37,202 bases of DNA from assembly GCA_040767225.1 (NCBI GenBank), contig JAXGOY010000007.1, forward strand, positions 1-37,202, given 5' to 3'. The DNA is from Candidatus Dojkabacteria bacterium (GTDB lineage Bacteria; Patescibacteriota; Dojkabacteria; SC72). A program made the translations under genes and the position numbers. Below the pieces are notes generated by a model. It saw nothing but the letters and a program-made list of their open reading frames with translations. It was not told where the DNA came from and did no database searches. This document shows, in pieces, positions 19,142-29,339 of this stretch. How positions within the stretch are numbered: position 1 is the stretch's first letter; each line of letters opens with the position of its first letter.

Positions 19142-20822
19142 TTGGATACTTCCAAAAGAAAAAATAGATGATGGAGATATCGCAGGCTATGTTATCTCTA
19201 AAAGAGGTTTTAAGAAAAAAGAGTTCTTAAATCCTTCCTTAGATGATATCCCATCTTTTAAGTATATGTATGATAGTAGTAATGCTGCAAAAAGTATTGT
19301 AAATGCTATAAAAAGTAAAAAAAGAATTGTAATACATGGGGATTTTGATGCTGATGGTATATGTGCTGTAAGTATTCTGTGGGAGTTTCTTTATAAAGAG
19401 GTAAGTAGGGAACTTGGTATTGATGTTAATGTTCTTCCATATATTCCAAGCAGGGTTGAGCAAGGATATGGTTTAACAGAGTCTTCACTAAATGATGTAA
19501 TAGAGCTTGGTGCAGATTTAGTTATTACTGTTGACTGTGGTGTAAGAGATAGGGAGTTAATAAAGAAATATAAAAAAGAGAAAGGATTAGAATTTGTAAT
19601 AACTGATCATCATCAGCCATCTGCAGATTTAGAAAATTCACTAGAGTATCCTTTAGTTCATCCTATGTATCCTCAACATGAATATCCATTTAAGAATGTC
19701 TGTGGAGCATATGTAGCATTTCTTCTTGTTCAAGCTATTAAGCATGAGCTTAAAATGGATGAGAATATATCTGTTGATACAAGGGGTCTGGATCTTGTAG
19801 CTCTTGCTACTGTTACTGACTTAATGCCTCTTGTTGAGGTAAATAGAACTGTTGTTAAGTATGGAATTGAACAGATTAAAGAAGGTAAAAGAGTTGGTTT
19901 AAATGAGTTAATTAAAGTATCAGGTTTAAATTTAAGTGATATTGATAGTTATCATTTAGGATATATTTTAGGTCCAAGGATTAATGCTGCAGGAAGAATT
20001 GGCTCCCCTATTGATGCTGTGAAGCTTTTAGTTAGTGAAAATGCTCAAGTATGCAATAGTATTGCAGATATTCTAAATGAAACAAATTTTGAAAGACAGT
20101 ATATGACAGAGACAGGGTTTAATGAGGCAATTAATATGATTGGAGAAAGTACTAATGAAAAAATTCTTTTTGTTGCAAATGAGGAGTGGCATGAAGGTAT
20201 TGTCGGCCTTATTGCAGGTAAGCTTAATGAGAAATATCACAGACCAACTCTTGTTGGTAAAAGAAATGATGAGGGAATTAAAGGCTCTGCAAGAAGTATC
20301 CCTGGGTTTAATATAACGGAAGCACTTTCTAAATGTGAGAAGTTTTTAGATAGATACGGTGGTCATGAGCTTGCAGCAGGATTTACTATTAAGCAGGGAA
20401 AAGAAAAGGAGTTTAGTGAGTGTATAAAAAGAGTAGCAGAGAATGTGATTACTGATGATATGCTTGTTAAAAATTTAAATATAGATTTACTGCTTGGGAG
20501 TGAAAGTATTAATAGGGAATTAATAAATGAGCTTGATAAATTAAAGCCATTTGGATATGGGAATAGTAAACCATTGATTGCACTAACTAATCTAATTGTT
20601 TTAAAGAAAAGTATAATGGGAAAGCTTGGAAATCATATGAAGCTTGTATGTAAGGGAGATGGTATAGATTTAATAACTCTTGTGTTTTTTAATTGCAATG
20701 GTGACAGTGAGGAGATAAATGTAAATGATAGTATAGATGTAGTAGGTGATGTTGGAATAAACTCTTGGAATGGTCATGAAGAGGTTCAATTTCTTGTTAA
20801 GGAGTGGAGATTTTCTTCTTAA
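19119..20822 (+). CDS. recJ: ssDNA exonuclease RecJ
   Basis: GDFDADG, TVDCG, TDHH, GPRINAAGR, WHEGIVG, KGSARS, GGHELAAG. ATG 19119 preferred over TTG 19101. Confidence 0.97.
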   Translation: MSLKSTSNWILPKEKIDDGDIAGYVISKRGFKKKEFLNPSLDDIPSFKYMYDSSNAAKSIVNAIKSKKRIVIHGDFDADGICAVSILWEFLYKEVSRELGIDVNVLPYIPSRVEQGYGLTESSLNDVIELGADLVITVDCGVRDRELIKKYKKEKGLEFVITDHHQPSADLENSLEYPLVHPMYPQHEYPFKNVCGAYVAFLLVQAIKHELKMDENISVDTRGLDLVALATVTDLMPLVEVNRTVVKYGIEQIKEGKRVGLNELIKVSGLNLSDIDSYHLGYILGPRINAAGRIGSPIDAVKLLVSENAQVCNSIADILNETNFERQYMTETGFNEAINMIGESTNEKILFVANEEWHEGIVGLIAGKLNEKYHRPTLVGKRNDEGIKGSARSIPGFNITEALSKCEKFLDRYGGHELAAGFTIKQGKEKEFSECIKRVAENVITDDMLVKNLNIDLLLGSESINRELINELDKLKPFGYGNSKPLIALTNLIVLKKSIMGKLGNHMKLVCKGDGIDLITLVFFNCNGDSEEINVNDSIDVVGDVGINSWNGHEEVQFLVKEWRFSS

Positions 20823-22160
20823 CTATTTAGCTTTGTTTAATAGTTTCCCTAACCTATTGGGAGTATTTGGAAGATATGTTGTTTCAAGAATACTATTGTA
20901 ATTAAGAAGTTTCATTAAGAATCTCTCTGTTCCTAGTGCAAAACCTCCATGTGGAGGACATCCATATTCAAAGTATTCAAAATAGTCTGAAAGAGAGTCT
21001 AGTGATATTCCTCTTTCCTTTGCATTCTCTTTTAGATTTTCAAGCCTATGTTCTCTTTGAGCACCAGTTGTTATTTCAATACCTTTCCAAAACAGATCAA
21101 AACCTAAAGCAAATTCTGGTCTATTAGGATCTTTCATATGATAAAAGGCTCTGTTTTTATGAGGATAGTCATAGACAAATGCAAACTCCTGCCCTGTATC
21201 TCTTTCAATTATCTGTGATATTGCTCTTTCCTCTTCAGGTGAGAAATCTCCTTCTTCTTTGCTTGGAATACCTTCCTTTGCAAGTTTTTCTTTAATTTCC
21301 TTTACTGAGATATATGCAAAATCTCCTTGTGGGACCTTAATATCAATATCAAATACCCTTTTTATTTCTTCTCCATATACTTCTTTTATGCTTTGAAGTG
21401 TGTATTTAATCATTTCTTGTTCAAACTGACATACCTCTTTGTATGAATCAATGTACCCTATTTCAACATCAAAACTTGTATACTCTGTTAAGTGTCTTGT
21501 TGTAAATGATTTTTCTGCTCTAAATACAGGACCCATATTAAACACTCTATCTAGGTCTGCTGCTATTCCCATCTGTTTATGAAATTGAGGTGATTGTGCA
21601 AGGTATGCTTTCCTATCAAAGTACTTTACTTCAAAGACATTAGCACCTCCTTCACTTGCTGCACTTATTATTCTAGGAGCTTGTATTTCAATAAAGTGAT
21701 TATTTAAGCAGAACTCTCTTAATGCTTTTCCCATCTGAGTAGCAACTCTCATCATTAAGTTGTTTCTTTCAGAGCGCAGATCTATCCATCTGTAATCAAG
21801 TCTTTTATCTAAGTTTGATATATTCTTTGAATACGGTTGCTCAATTACAATAGGAAGTGGGGTTTGTGAGAGTGAATCTACCTTTATCTCCTTTATCTCA
21901 ACCTCATATCCAGCTGCAACCTGTTTTGCTTCTTTAACATCACCAGTAATATCAACTACTGATTCATTAGTTAGTTCTTTAACTGTTTTAAGGATATTAT
22001 TATTTTCATTTTGTATAGCAACACTCTGCACCTTTCCTGTTATATCCCTCACCACTAAAAATGCTATTTTTCCTTGATCTCTGATAGTATCAACTCTTCC
22101 TCTTATCCTTACACTTTTTCCTATTAAATCTTTTAGCTGTGATATATATGTTCTTTCCAT
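20823..22160 (-). CDS. aspS: Aspartate-tRNA ligase, archaeal/short type (probably non-discriminating)
   Basis: 445 aa without the GAD insertion; AYLAQSPQ, FRAEKSFTTRHLTE, EITTGAQREH, PPHGGFALGTER. Confidence 0.9.
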   Translation of the reverse strand: MERTYISQLKDLIGKSVRIRGRVDTIRDQGKIAFLVVRDITGKVQSVAIQNENNNILKTVKELTNESVVDITGDVKEAKQVAAGYEVEIKEIKVDSLSQTPLPIVIEQPYSKNISNLDKRLDYRWIDLRSERNNLMMRVATQMGKALREFCLNNHFIEIQAPRIISAASEGGANVFEVKYFDRKAYLAQSPQFHKQMGIAADLDRVFNMGPVFRAEKSFTTRHLTEYTSFDVEIGYIDSYKEVCQFEQEMIKYTLQSIKEVYGEEIKRVFDIDIKVPQGDFAYISVKEIKEKLAKEGIPSKEEGDFSPEEERAISQIIERDTGQEFAFVYDYPHKNRAFYHMKDPNRPEFALGFDLFWKGIEITTGAQREHRLENLKENAKERGISLDSLSDYFEYFEYGCPPHGGFALGTERFLMKLLNYNSILETTYLPNTPNRLGKLLNKAK

Positions 22161-22261
22161 CTTTTTTTCTGTTATATTACTTTGCTATTATATATTACAT
22201 TCCATACAAAAAACAAAATATTTGTTTTAAGGGTATTTAGCTGGTAATATCAATACTGTTA

Positions 22262-23323
22262 ATGGAAGAAAAAGTTTCTGATAGCACAAAAAACAATAAA
22301 CCTCTACCTGATGAAAGATATGATATTAAGCTTTACAAGCAGGCAGTTAAAGCTTCAAAAGAGGCTAAGAGAATTGCAGAAAAAGAAAGAAGAAAGAAAA
22401 GAGTAGAAAGGACTTTTTTAGGTATTATTCTTTTTATTGTTCTTTGCTTTGGTATATATCTGATAAGTAAAATTTTTGTTCCCAAGCCAGAGTATATTGA
22501 AGCTCATGAATATCCATTGAGTTTAAGTTATGAGCCAATACAGGAAGAGATTCATCCATATGTAAGTTTAAATTTAGATGTTGAGCTCTCTGCTCAAAGT
22601 GCAATTGCTTTTAATCCTGTTGATGGAGATATTCTGTATGAAAAGGACTCTTCAAAGAGAGTGGATATTGCAAGTTTAACAAAGTTAATGTCTGTGGTTG
22701 TTGCTTTAGACACTTTTGATTTAGATGAGAGTATTACTGTAAGTACTGATAATATTCCACAGGATTTAGATTGGAAGTTAGGTTTAAAAGATGGTGATGT
22801 TATTACTGTTGAGAATATTTTAAAAGCTATGCTTATTAGTTCTTACAATGATGCTGCTTATGTACTTGCAAATGCATATCCATATGGTGGATATGAGGGG
22901 TTTATAAAGGGGATGAATAGAATGGCTAAGGTGTTGAGAATGTACTCTTCTAATTTTAGTAATCCAGCAGGTATAGATGATCCGCTAAATTATTCTACTG
23001 CACATGATGTTGCTATTCTTTCCTCTGTTGTAAGAAAGTATCCGCAGGTTTTAGATATTGTTAATATGGGTAAAGACACTATTAACTGGAGTAGCTCTGA
23101 GGGGCTTGTAAGTAAGGAGATTATGACTACTAATCAGTTGTATGGAACAAATAAATACATGAGGGGGCTTAAAACAGGTATTACTGATCTTGCAGGTCAA
23201 TGTTTTGTTGGATATTTTGTATATCCAAGTGGAAATGAACTTATAACGGTAATTATTAATTCTCAGGACAGATTCGGTGAGACTGTACTAATTGAAAAAT
23301 ATGCAAGGGAAAAGTTAAAATAG
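22262..23323 (+). CDS. D-Ala-D-Ala carboxypeptidase (peptidase S11) with N-terminal TM anchor
   Basis: SxxK (ASLTK), SxN (SYN), KTG, NPAGID. Confidence 0.9.
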   Translation: MEEKVSDSTKNNKPLPDERYDIKLYKQAVKASKEAKRIAEKERRKKRVERTFLGIILFIVLCFGIYLISKIFVPKPEYIEAHEYPLSLSYEPIQEEIHPYVSLNLDVELSAQSAIAFNPVDGDILYEKDSSKRVDIASLTKLMSVVVALDTFDLDESITVSTDNIPQDLDWKLGLKDGDVITVENILKAMLISSYNDAAYVLANAYPYGGYEGFIKGMNRMAKVLRMYSSNFSNPAGIDDPLNYSTAHDVAILSSVVRKYPQVLDIVNMGKDTINWSSSEGLVSKEIMTTNQLYGTNKYMRGLKTGITDLAGQCFVGYFVYPSGNELITVIINSQDRFGETVLIEKYAREKLK

Positions 23324-24628
23324 TCCAAAGCCAGTACTATCTTGTACAGGAGCAGGTTTTAGCTCAATTTTATCTGTAACAATATCATAATTAATAGCAG
23401 GGTAATATATTACAAACTCTGCCCTTGTTCCATCGGCGAGCTCTGCCTCACCTGTAAAGAAGTATACAGGCTGAAGGAAATGCTGCACAATTGAGCCTTC
23501 ATAGTATGTTATTGCTATATTTGTTATAAGGAACTTCTTTACTTCTTGTGGTGTATATTGAGCTACTTCATCTCCATTCTTATCTAAGGATACAAGACTG
23601 CCTTCTCCATTTTTTATTTTTTCTTCAGCAACTGCAGCACTAATTAAGGGATATGTCCCACAGCTTTCAGGTTCTATCTTCCATGATTTATAATCAATTT
23701 GATATATATTTTTTAGCTTCTTAAAATCTTTGCTTTCTGGTCCTACATACACTGACACATTTGATTTGTTAGGATTTTGGTGTGTTAAGAGTGTTTTAAA
23801 ATTATATACTTCCACAGTTTTATCATTTATTGTCATCTTATCAACAGTTGCAGCCATATTTCTTTTCTCAAGAGAAGCTATCATTCTATCTGCCCCCACT
23901 ATATTGCTTGGAATTGAAATTAAGGAGAATGCCTTATGAAAATCTACTCTTATTAATTCTGCATTAAGTAAAGAATCTGCTTCTGTATATGAGCCATCAT
24001 CATTTATATTTATTAGATATGTAAGTGGAGATGCATCGTTAAATTCACTTGAGTAGATACCAAGCTCTGATAGAGCACTTTTAGCTAGTCTTTTTGCTTC
24101 TTCTTCACTTGGTAAATCTTCTGCTGCTCTTGCTGACCTTATCTTTGATATATTTGTAGTTAATGTAAAGTTTAAATCCTCAACTGTTATTCTAACTGCT
24201 CTTTGTGTTTCAAAATCCTGCCATATATATTCTTTAGTTCCTAGAGTTCTTATCTCTTCTGCTTTAAATCCCATTTTTGCTGCAAGTACCTTTGCTAAAG
24301 ATTGTGCATTTATCTTTTCTCCTAAGTCTGTGTATCTATACACATTTACAATATCAGGAAGATTATCATCAAGTACTCCTGTTTCAGTTTGAATAGAGTA
24401 CTGAGGAGTAGAGTTTGGAGATATTTCATAGGAGGGTATTGTTAATGCATGCTTTAAAAAGTCATCAGCTTTCTGTGTACATGCACAGTTAGGAGTTAAG
24501 TATTGTGGAGGGAGTTCTACATTCCCTGGGTTGTAAACAATAATAACTATTAGGAAGATAAAAGCAAAGAGACCAATTGCTATTACCCCTAATCTTTTAC
24601 TCCAAAATGCTGCCTCTGTTAGTGTCAT
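23315..24628 (-). CDS. Membrane-anchored hypothetical protein
   Basis: 437 aa intact ORF with one N-terminal TM helix and a large soluble domain ending YPLIS..YYEG..LQPVYFF.G. Confidence 0.8.
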   Translation of the reverse strand: MTLTEAAFWSKRLGVIAIGLFAFIFLIVIIVYNPGNVELPPQYLTPNCACTQKADDFLKHALTIPSYEISPNSTPQYSIQTETGVLDDNLPDIVNVYRYTDLGEKINAQSLAKVLAAKMGFKAEEIRTLGTKEYIWQDFETQRAVRITVEDLNFTLTTNISKIRSARAAEDLPSEEEAKRLAKSALSELGIYSSEFNDASPLTYLININDDGSYTEADSLLNAELIRVDFHKAFSLISIPSNIVGADRMIASLEKRNMAATVDKMTINDKTVEVYNFKTLLTHQNPNKSNVSVYVGPESKDFKKLKNIYQIDYKSWKIEPESCGTYPLISAAVAEEKIKNGEGSLVSLDKNGDEVAQYTPQEVKKFLITNIAITYYEGSIVQHFLQPVYFFTGEAELADGTRAEFVIYYPAINYDIVTDKIELKPAPVQDSTGFGLF

Positions 24629-24690
24629 GGTATAATGATAACAATGTATATTAGATATATCAATATATTAAATTATATAATAATTTCTAG

Positions 24691-26343
24691 ATGAGAACAG
24701 AAGAAGAAAACAGAGAGATAGCACAGTTACTTTTTCCAGAGGTAGGGGAGAGTGTTGAGGATATATTTAAGAGATATCCTAAAAGGAAGTTAAAGGATTC
24801 TCAACTTGTTGTAAGATTTGCTCCAAGTCCTACTGGTTTTTTACATGTAGGCTCTGTATATACATCATTAATAAATCGTAAGCTTGCTGATCAAACAGAT
24901 GGTATCTGCATACTTAGGATAGAAGATACTGATAAAAAGAGAGAGATAGAAGGAGGTATTGACCTTATCATTAACGGTTTAGAGAGGTTTGGTATTAAAT
25001 TCGATGAAAGTGTTAAGAAAGGAGAGTATGGTCCATATATTCAAAGTGAAAGAAAAGAGATATACAAAGTATTTGCAAAGGATATGATTGCAAGAGGTTG
25101 TGCATATCCCTGTTTTGCTTCTGAGAAGGAGCTAGAGGAGATTAGAAAGAAACAAAGTGAAAGTGGTGTACGAACAGGTTATTATGGTAAATGGGCACTA
25201 TGGAGAGATGCAAAAGTTGAGGATGTAAAGAGGGCATTAAATGAGGGAAAAAGATTTGTAGTAAGGTTGTATTCAACTGGGAACTTTAATAACAAATTTA
25301 CATTTAATGATTTAATAAAAGGCAATTGTACATTTTCAGAGAATGATATGGATATTGTTTTACTAAAATCAGATGGTCTTCCTACATATCATTTTGCACA
25401 TCCAATTGATGATACTTTAATGGGTATTAATCTTGTTATTAGAACATATGAGTGGTTTCCTTCTGTTCCCCTTCATTTAGAAATCTTTGATAAGCTCGGG
25501 TTTAAAAGAATAAATTATGCACATCCTGCACCTTTGATGAAAATGGATAAAGGAAACAAAAGAAAGTTGAGTAAGAGAAAAGATCCTGAAGCGGATGCAT
25601 CTTTCTTTCTACATCAGGGGTATCCTCAAGTAGGAATGCTTGAGTATTTTTTAAGTATTATGAACTCTAATTTTGAAGATTGGAGAATTCAAAATCCTTC
25701 ATTACCATATACAGATTTTGAGCTTAAACTTGAGAAATTTAATAAAGCAGGAGCACTTTTTGATATGGTTAAATTAAGTGATGTATGTAAAGAGTATATT
25801 TCAAGATTAAGTGCAGAACAGGTTTACAATTTTGTACTTGAATGGGCTAAAGAGTTTGATATGGATATATATAACAGAATGATTAATAACAAGGGGTATT
25901 GTATTAGTATTTTTAATATTGAAAGAGAAGGGGATAAAAAGAGGAAGGATATGTCTAAATGGAGTGATGTAAAAGAGCAGTTTAAGATATTTTTTGATGA
26001 TATGTTTAATGATATGAAAAAAGATGTTTTAGATATGGATAGAGGGTTGCAAATAAATATTCTTAAGGAGTTTTTAGCAACATATTACTATGGTGATAGT
26101 TCTACTGAGTGGTTCGACAAGATAAAGAGAATTGCTCAGGATAATGGTTTTGCTATTGATTACAAAGAGTATGAGAAAGAGCCATCGAAATACAAAGGGA
26201 AAGTAGGAGATGTTGCTGGGGTAATAAGGGTTGCAGTTACTGGGAGAAAGCAGAGTCCAGATCTTTATCAGGTTATGCAGGTTATGGGAGATAGTAGGGT
26301 TAGGGATAGAATAGAGAAATATATAAATAATCTACAAGGATAG
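24691..26343 (+). CDS. gltX: Glutamate-tRNA ligase (long form with N-terminal extension)
   Basis: RFAPSPTGFLHVGS, LRIEDTD, YGPYIQSER, KSDGLPTYHFA, KLSKRK. Confidence 0.95.
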   Translation: MRTEEENREIAQLLFPEVGESVEDIFKRYPKRKLKDSQLVVRFAPSPTGFLHVGSVYTSLINRKLADQTDGICILRIEDTDKKREIEGGIDLIINGLERFGIKFDESVKKGEYGPYIQSERKEIYKVFAKDMIARGCAYPCFASEKELEEIRKKQSESGVRTGYYGKWALWRDAKVEDVKRALNEGKRFVVRLYSTGNFNNKFTFNDLIKGNCTFSENDMDIVLLKSDGLPTYHFAHPIDDTLMGINLVIRTYEWFPSVPLHLEIFDKLGFKRINYAHPAPLMKMDKGNKRKLSKRKDPEADASFFLHQGYPQVGMLEYFLSIMNSNFEDWRIQNPSLPYTDFELKLEKFNKAGALFDMVKLSDVCKEYISRLSAEQVYNFVLEWAKEFDMDIYNRMINNKGYCISIFNIEREGDKKRKDMSKWSDVKEQFKIFFDDMFNDMKKDVLDMDRGLQINILKEFLATYYYGDSSTEWFDKIKRIAQDNGFAIDYKEYEKEPSKYKGKVGDVAGVIRVAVTGRKQSPDLYQVMQVMGDSRVRDRIEKYINNLQG

Positions 26344-26362
26344 TGTATAATTATGTGTGTAT

Positions 26363-26433
26363 TGCCGGATCGTCTAATGGTAGGACAGCGGTCTCTGGAA
26401 CCGCCAATTCTAGTTCGAATCTAGGTCCGGCAA
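26363..26433 (+). tRNA. tRNA-Gln(CTG)
   Basis: Acceptor TGCCGGA/TCCGGCA (U1-A72); anticodon arm GCGGT-CTCTGGA-ACCGC; GTTCGAATC. Confidence 0.93.
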
Positions 26434-26434
26434 T

Positions 26435-26704
26435 TTATAACTGTTTTCTTAAACTAAGAAGTAATTCCTGTATTTTCTGTATTGCACTATTGATTATTTG
26501 ATTTTCGTATATAGGTGGTCCTACTTGGTCTAATATTCTTTCTATTTCATCTTCAGAGAGCAAGATATTTATAGTATCTTCATTGTTATCTTTTGCACTA
26601 CTGAGTTTTACTTCAAGCTGTGTACCTTGTAATGATTTTGTATTTAATACAGATAGGAGATTGTTAAGTTCTTCTTTTGTTAATGTAATACTACCTCTTT
26701 GCAT
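26435..26704 (-). CDS. Hypothetical protein
   Basis: 89 aa; translationally coupled (TAATG) to the upstream ORF. Confidence 0.7.
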   Translation of the reverse strand: MQRGSITLTKEELNNLLSVLNTKSLQGTQLEVKLSSAKDNNEDTINILLSEDEIERILDQVGPPIYENQIINSAIQKIQELLLSLRKQL

Positions 26705-27093
26705 TATTCTTCATATGTACTATATACAAGATTCTGTCTACTATCTATCATTAATGATCCAAATGGTCCATAAAAAGTCATTGTAATTTTTTCTTCTCCA
26801 TCTTCATTAACATCTTTCTTTACATTATATATAATGGAATCATTGGGGATTTCCTCCTTATATCCGAAGAATTTAACCATATGCTTAATTACTTCTTCGA
26901 TACCTACATTTTCTCTTTTTACACCTGTTTTTAATTGGTCTTTTTTAATTATTGCACCTTTTAGACCTGTAATACCATCTTCATTCTCGATGGTATATAT
27001 GTTATATGTATTTTTTGTCATACCTTCCTTTATATCCATTGAATAAACGAGAGAGGATTTTTCTGTTTCGGTTTGAATGCATTCTGCTTCCAT
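26704..27093 (-). CDS. Hypothetical protein
   Basis: 129 aa; TATAAT 8 nt before the ATG. Confidence 0.7.
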   Translation of the reverse strand: MEAECIQTETEKSSLVYSMDIKEGMTKNTYNIYTIENEDGITGLKGAIIKKDQLKTGVKRENVGIEEVIKHMVKFFGYKEEIPNDSIIYNVKKDVNEDGEEKITMTFYGPFGSLMIDSRQNLVYSTYEE

Positions 27094-27137
27094 AGCCTGT
27101 AATTATATACTAAAGTGAAATTTTTTAAAGATAATGT

Positions 27138-27404
27138 TTAATTATCTTCTTCTGGGGTTTTAGGAATAATATTTCCATCTTTATCATACTGAGTTCCATC
27201 CTGTGTTACTTTTACAAGCTTCCCATCTACTGTTTTCCTGATTTTAATGTTTCCTTCTTCATCAGTAACTTCGGAAACTTTTCCTCCTAACTCTTTTATT
27301 GTTGCTTCCACAACTCCACCTGGCTGGATATTAGCACCCAATTCATTTAGTTCCTCAATATGTTGTTCTGCTTCATTGTTAGTTGTTTCTGTAGGTTCAT
27401 TCAT
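27138..27404 (-). CDS. Small acidic hypothetical protein
   Basis: 88 aa; fills the gap, co-oriented with neighbours. Confidence 0.7.
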   Translation of the reverse strand: MNEPTETTNNEAEQHIEELNELGANIQPGGVVEATIKELGGKVSEVTDEEGNIKIRKTVDGKLVKVTQDGTQYDKDGNIIPKTPEEDN

Positions 27405-27461
27405 ATTTATAATTTCTTAAATTATCTATTAATGATATCAAAATTTTTGTATATTGTATAT

Positions 27462-29228
27462 CTAAAATTGTTCTTCAAGATACTTAAGTTTATCTTCAAT
27501 AGTTAATATTCCACTCTCCCAAAACTCTTTTTGTGAAATATCTATCCCTATATCCTCAAATATCTCTTTTGGAGATTTACTATCTCCTGCCTTAAAGAAA
27601 TCTTTTACATACCTAATATTCTCTTTATTCTCTCTTACAATATTTTGAAGATATTTAGATATTAAAAGACCAGTTGCATAAGAGTAGGTATAGAAGGGAT
27701 TACGAATATGAGACCAATAAAGCCAGCCTGTATTCATATGTTTATCTTTTAATACAGCACTACCAAGATATTTAGACATCTCATCAGAGAAGATATTAGA
27801 TATTTCATCAATTGATAAAAAGCCCTTTTGTTTAAACTCTGTATGAAGCCTTAATTCAAAATTGTAACATGCAATCTGTCTGAATATAGAGGATATATCA
27901 TCTTCTAAAGATTTAAGAAGAAGTATATCTTTATCCCTTTTATCAAGCTCTTTTGATATTTCTTTTAATACAAAATCTTCAAAGAAAGTTGATGCTGTTT
28001 CTGCACATGCAGTAGAGTATCCTTGATTTAAATAGTTTTGTGTGTTTGCATATTCTGTATGTATTCCATGTCCACTCTCATGAGCTATTGTAAGAACATC
28101 TTCAAGCTTACTGTTATGATTTAAAAGTATATATGTAGGATATTTGCTTCCAACACTAATACAAAATGCCCCTCCCTGTTTTCCTTTCTGTGGATATACA
28201 TCATATCTTCCTTGTGATATGTATACATCTAATATTTTAGAGAACTCTGGATCTAGTTTCTCAAATACACTTTTTACAATATTAAAGGATTCTTCAAATG
28301 GATATTCTTTATCAACCTCTCCTAAATTTACATTCCTTTCATAATATGCAAGAGTATTTTGTTTTAATAGTTTGGCTTTTAATTTGTAATATCTTTGAGA
28401 TATGTCAAAATGATTTGTAACACTTTCTCTTAATGTATCAATCACTTCAGACTGAATATCATCACTTAAGAGTCTTGGGAGATCAACTCTTTTAATATTC
28501 CTGTATTCATCAGAGTTTCTTTTGTCTTCAAGTATAGAATTGATTTCAAACTCTGCTATCTCTAAATATCTACTGTTTACTTTGTAGAAGTTTTCTGCAG
28601 CAAAATCTCTTACTTCTTTGTCATTACTATTAATATATTTACTTACTTCGTTGTATGTAACTTTTTTCTTTTTTCCTTTTTCATCAACTACATTTATCAT
28701 CTGTTTTGAAAGAAGCTGAGAGGTCATATCAACCCAGTTGCTGTATGAGGTTTTTGATTTTAGATTAAATACTCTTTCTTCTTTATCACTAAGCAGGTAT
28801 ACAGCTGTATTAAAACAGCTTTGAAGAAAATGTTTGTATTTTGTTAAGTATTTAGAATTAAGAAAAATAGCTTGTTTGTTTTTAGGCAATTTAGAGATGT
28901 TAAGGATAAAGAATTGAATACTGTTTTCAAGTTGTACACATGTAGTGTATAGCTGATTTTCTTTTGCTTTAAGTAATGGGTCTTCTTGGTTTAGTGAACG
29001 AGAGAGTGCAATGTAGTATGTAGGCTTTTTGCATATTCCTGTATCTTCCATTAGTTTTTCATATTCTTGAAGAGCTAATGACAGAGTATATGGATCTTTA
29101 AGATATTCTTTGTTTTTTGACCATTTGTTTACAAAGTTATTAACTTCCTTTTTGCTTTTTTGTATATCTTTTTCAATTTGTGGGTCCTGTATATCTTTGT
29201 AAAGAAGTTGTAAATTCCAGTTTTTCAT
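27462..29228 (-). CDS. pepF: M3B oligoendopeptidase F
   Basis: WNLQLLY N-terminus, GKQGGAFC, TIAHESGHGIH, AETASTFFE, PFYTYSYA. Confidence 0.9.
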   Translation of the reverse strand: MKNWNLQLLYKDIQDPQIEKDIQKSKKEVNNFVNKWSKNKEYLKDPYTLSLALQEYEKLMEDTGICKKPTYYIALSRSLNQEDPLLKAKENQLYTTCVQLENSIQFFILNISKLPKNKQAIFLNSKYLTKYKHFLQSCFNTAVYLLSDKEERVFNLKSKTSYSNWVDMTSQLLSKQMINVVDEKGKKKKVTYNEVSKYINSNDKEVRDFAAENFYKVNSRYLEIAEFEINSILEDKRNSDEYRNIKRVDLPRLLSDDIQSEVIDTLRESVTNHFDISQRYYKLKAKLLKQNTLAYYERNVNLGEVDKEYPFEESFNIVKSVFEKLDPEFSKILDVYISQGRYDVYPQKGKQGGAFCISVGSKYPTYILLNHNSKLEDVLTIAHESGHGIHTEYANTQNYLNQGYSTACAETASTFFEDFVLKEISKELDKRDKDILLLKSLEDDISSIFRQIACYNFELRLHTEFKQKGFLSIDEISNIFSDEMSKYLGSAVLKDKHMNTGWLYWSHIRNPFYTYSYATGLLISKYLQNIVRENKENIRYVKDFFKAGDSKSPKEIFEDIGIDISQKEFWESGILTIEDKLKYLEEQF

Positions 29229-29339
29229 CTTTTGATTATACTATATCTCTTAGAAAAGGAGTTTTTTCTTACTTTTTCCTCTCACATTTTTTTGTAATTG
29301 CTGGTAAAATATACAAGTTTAATATTTTGATTAAAGAAC

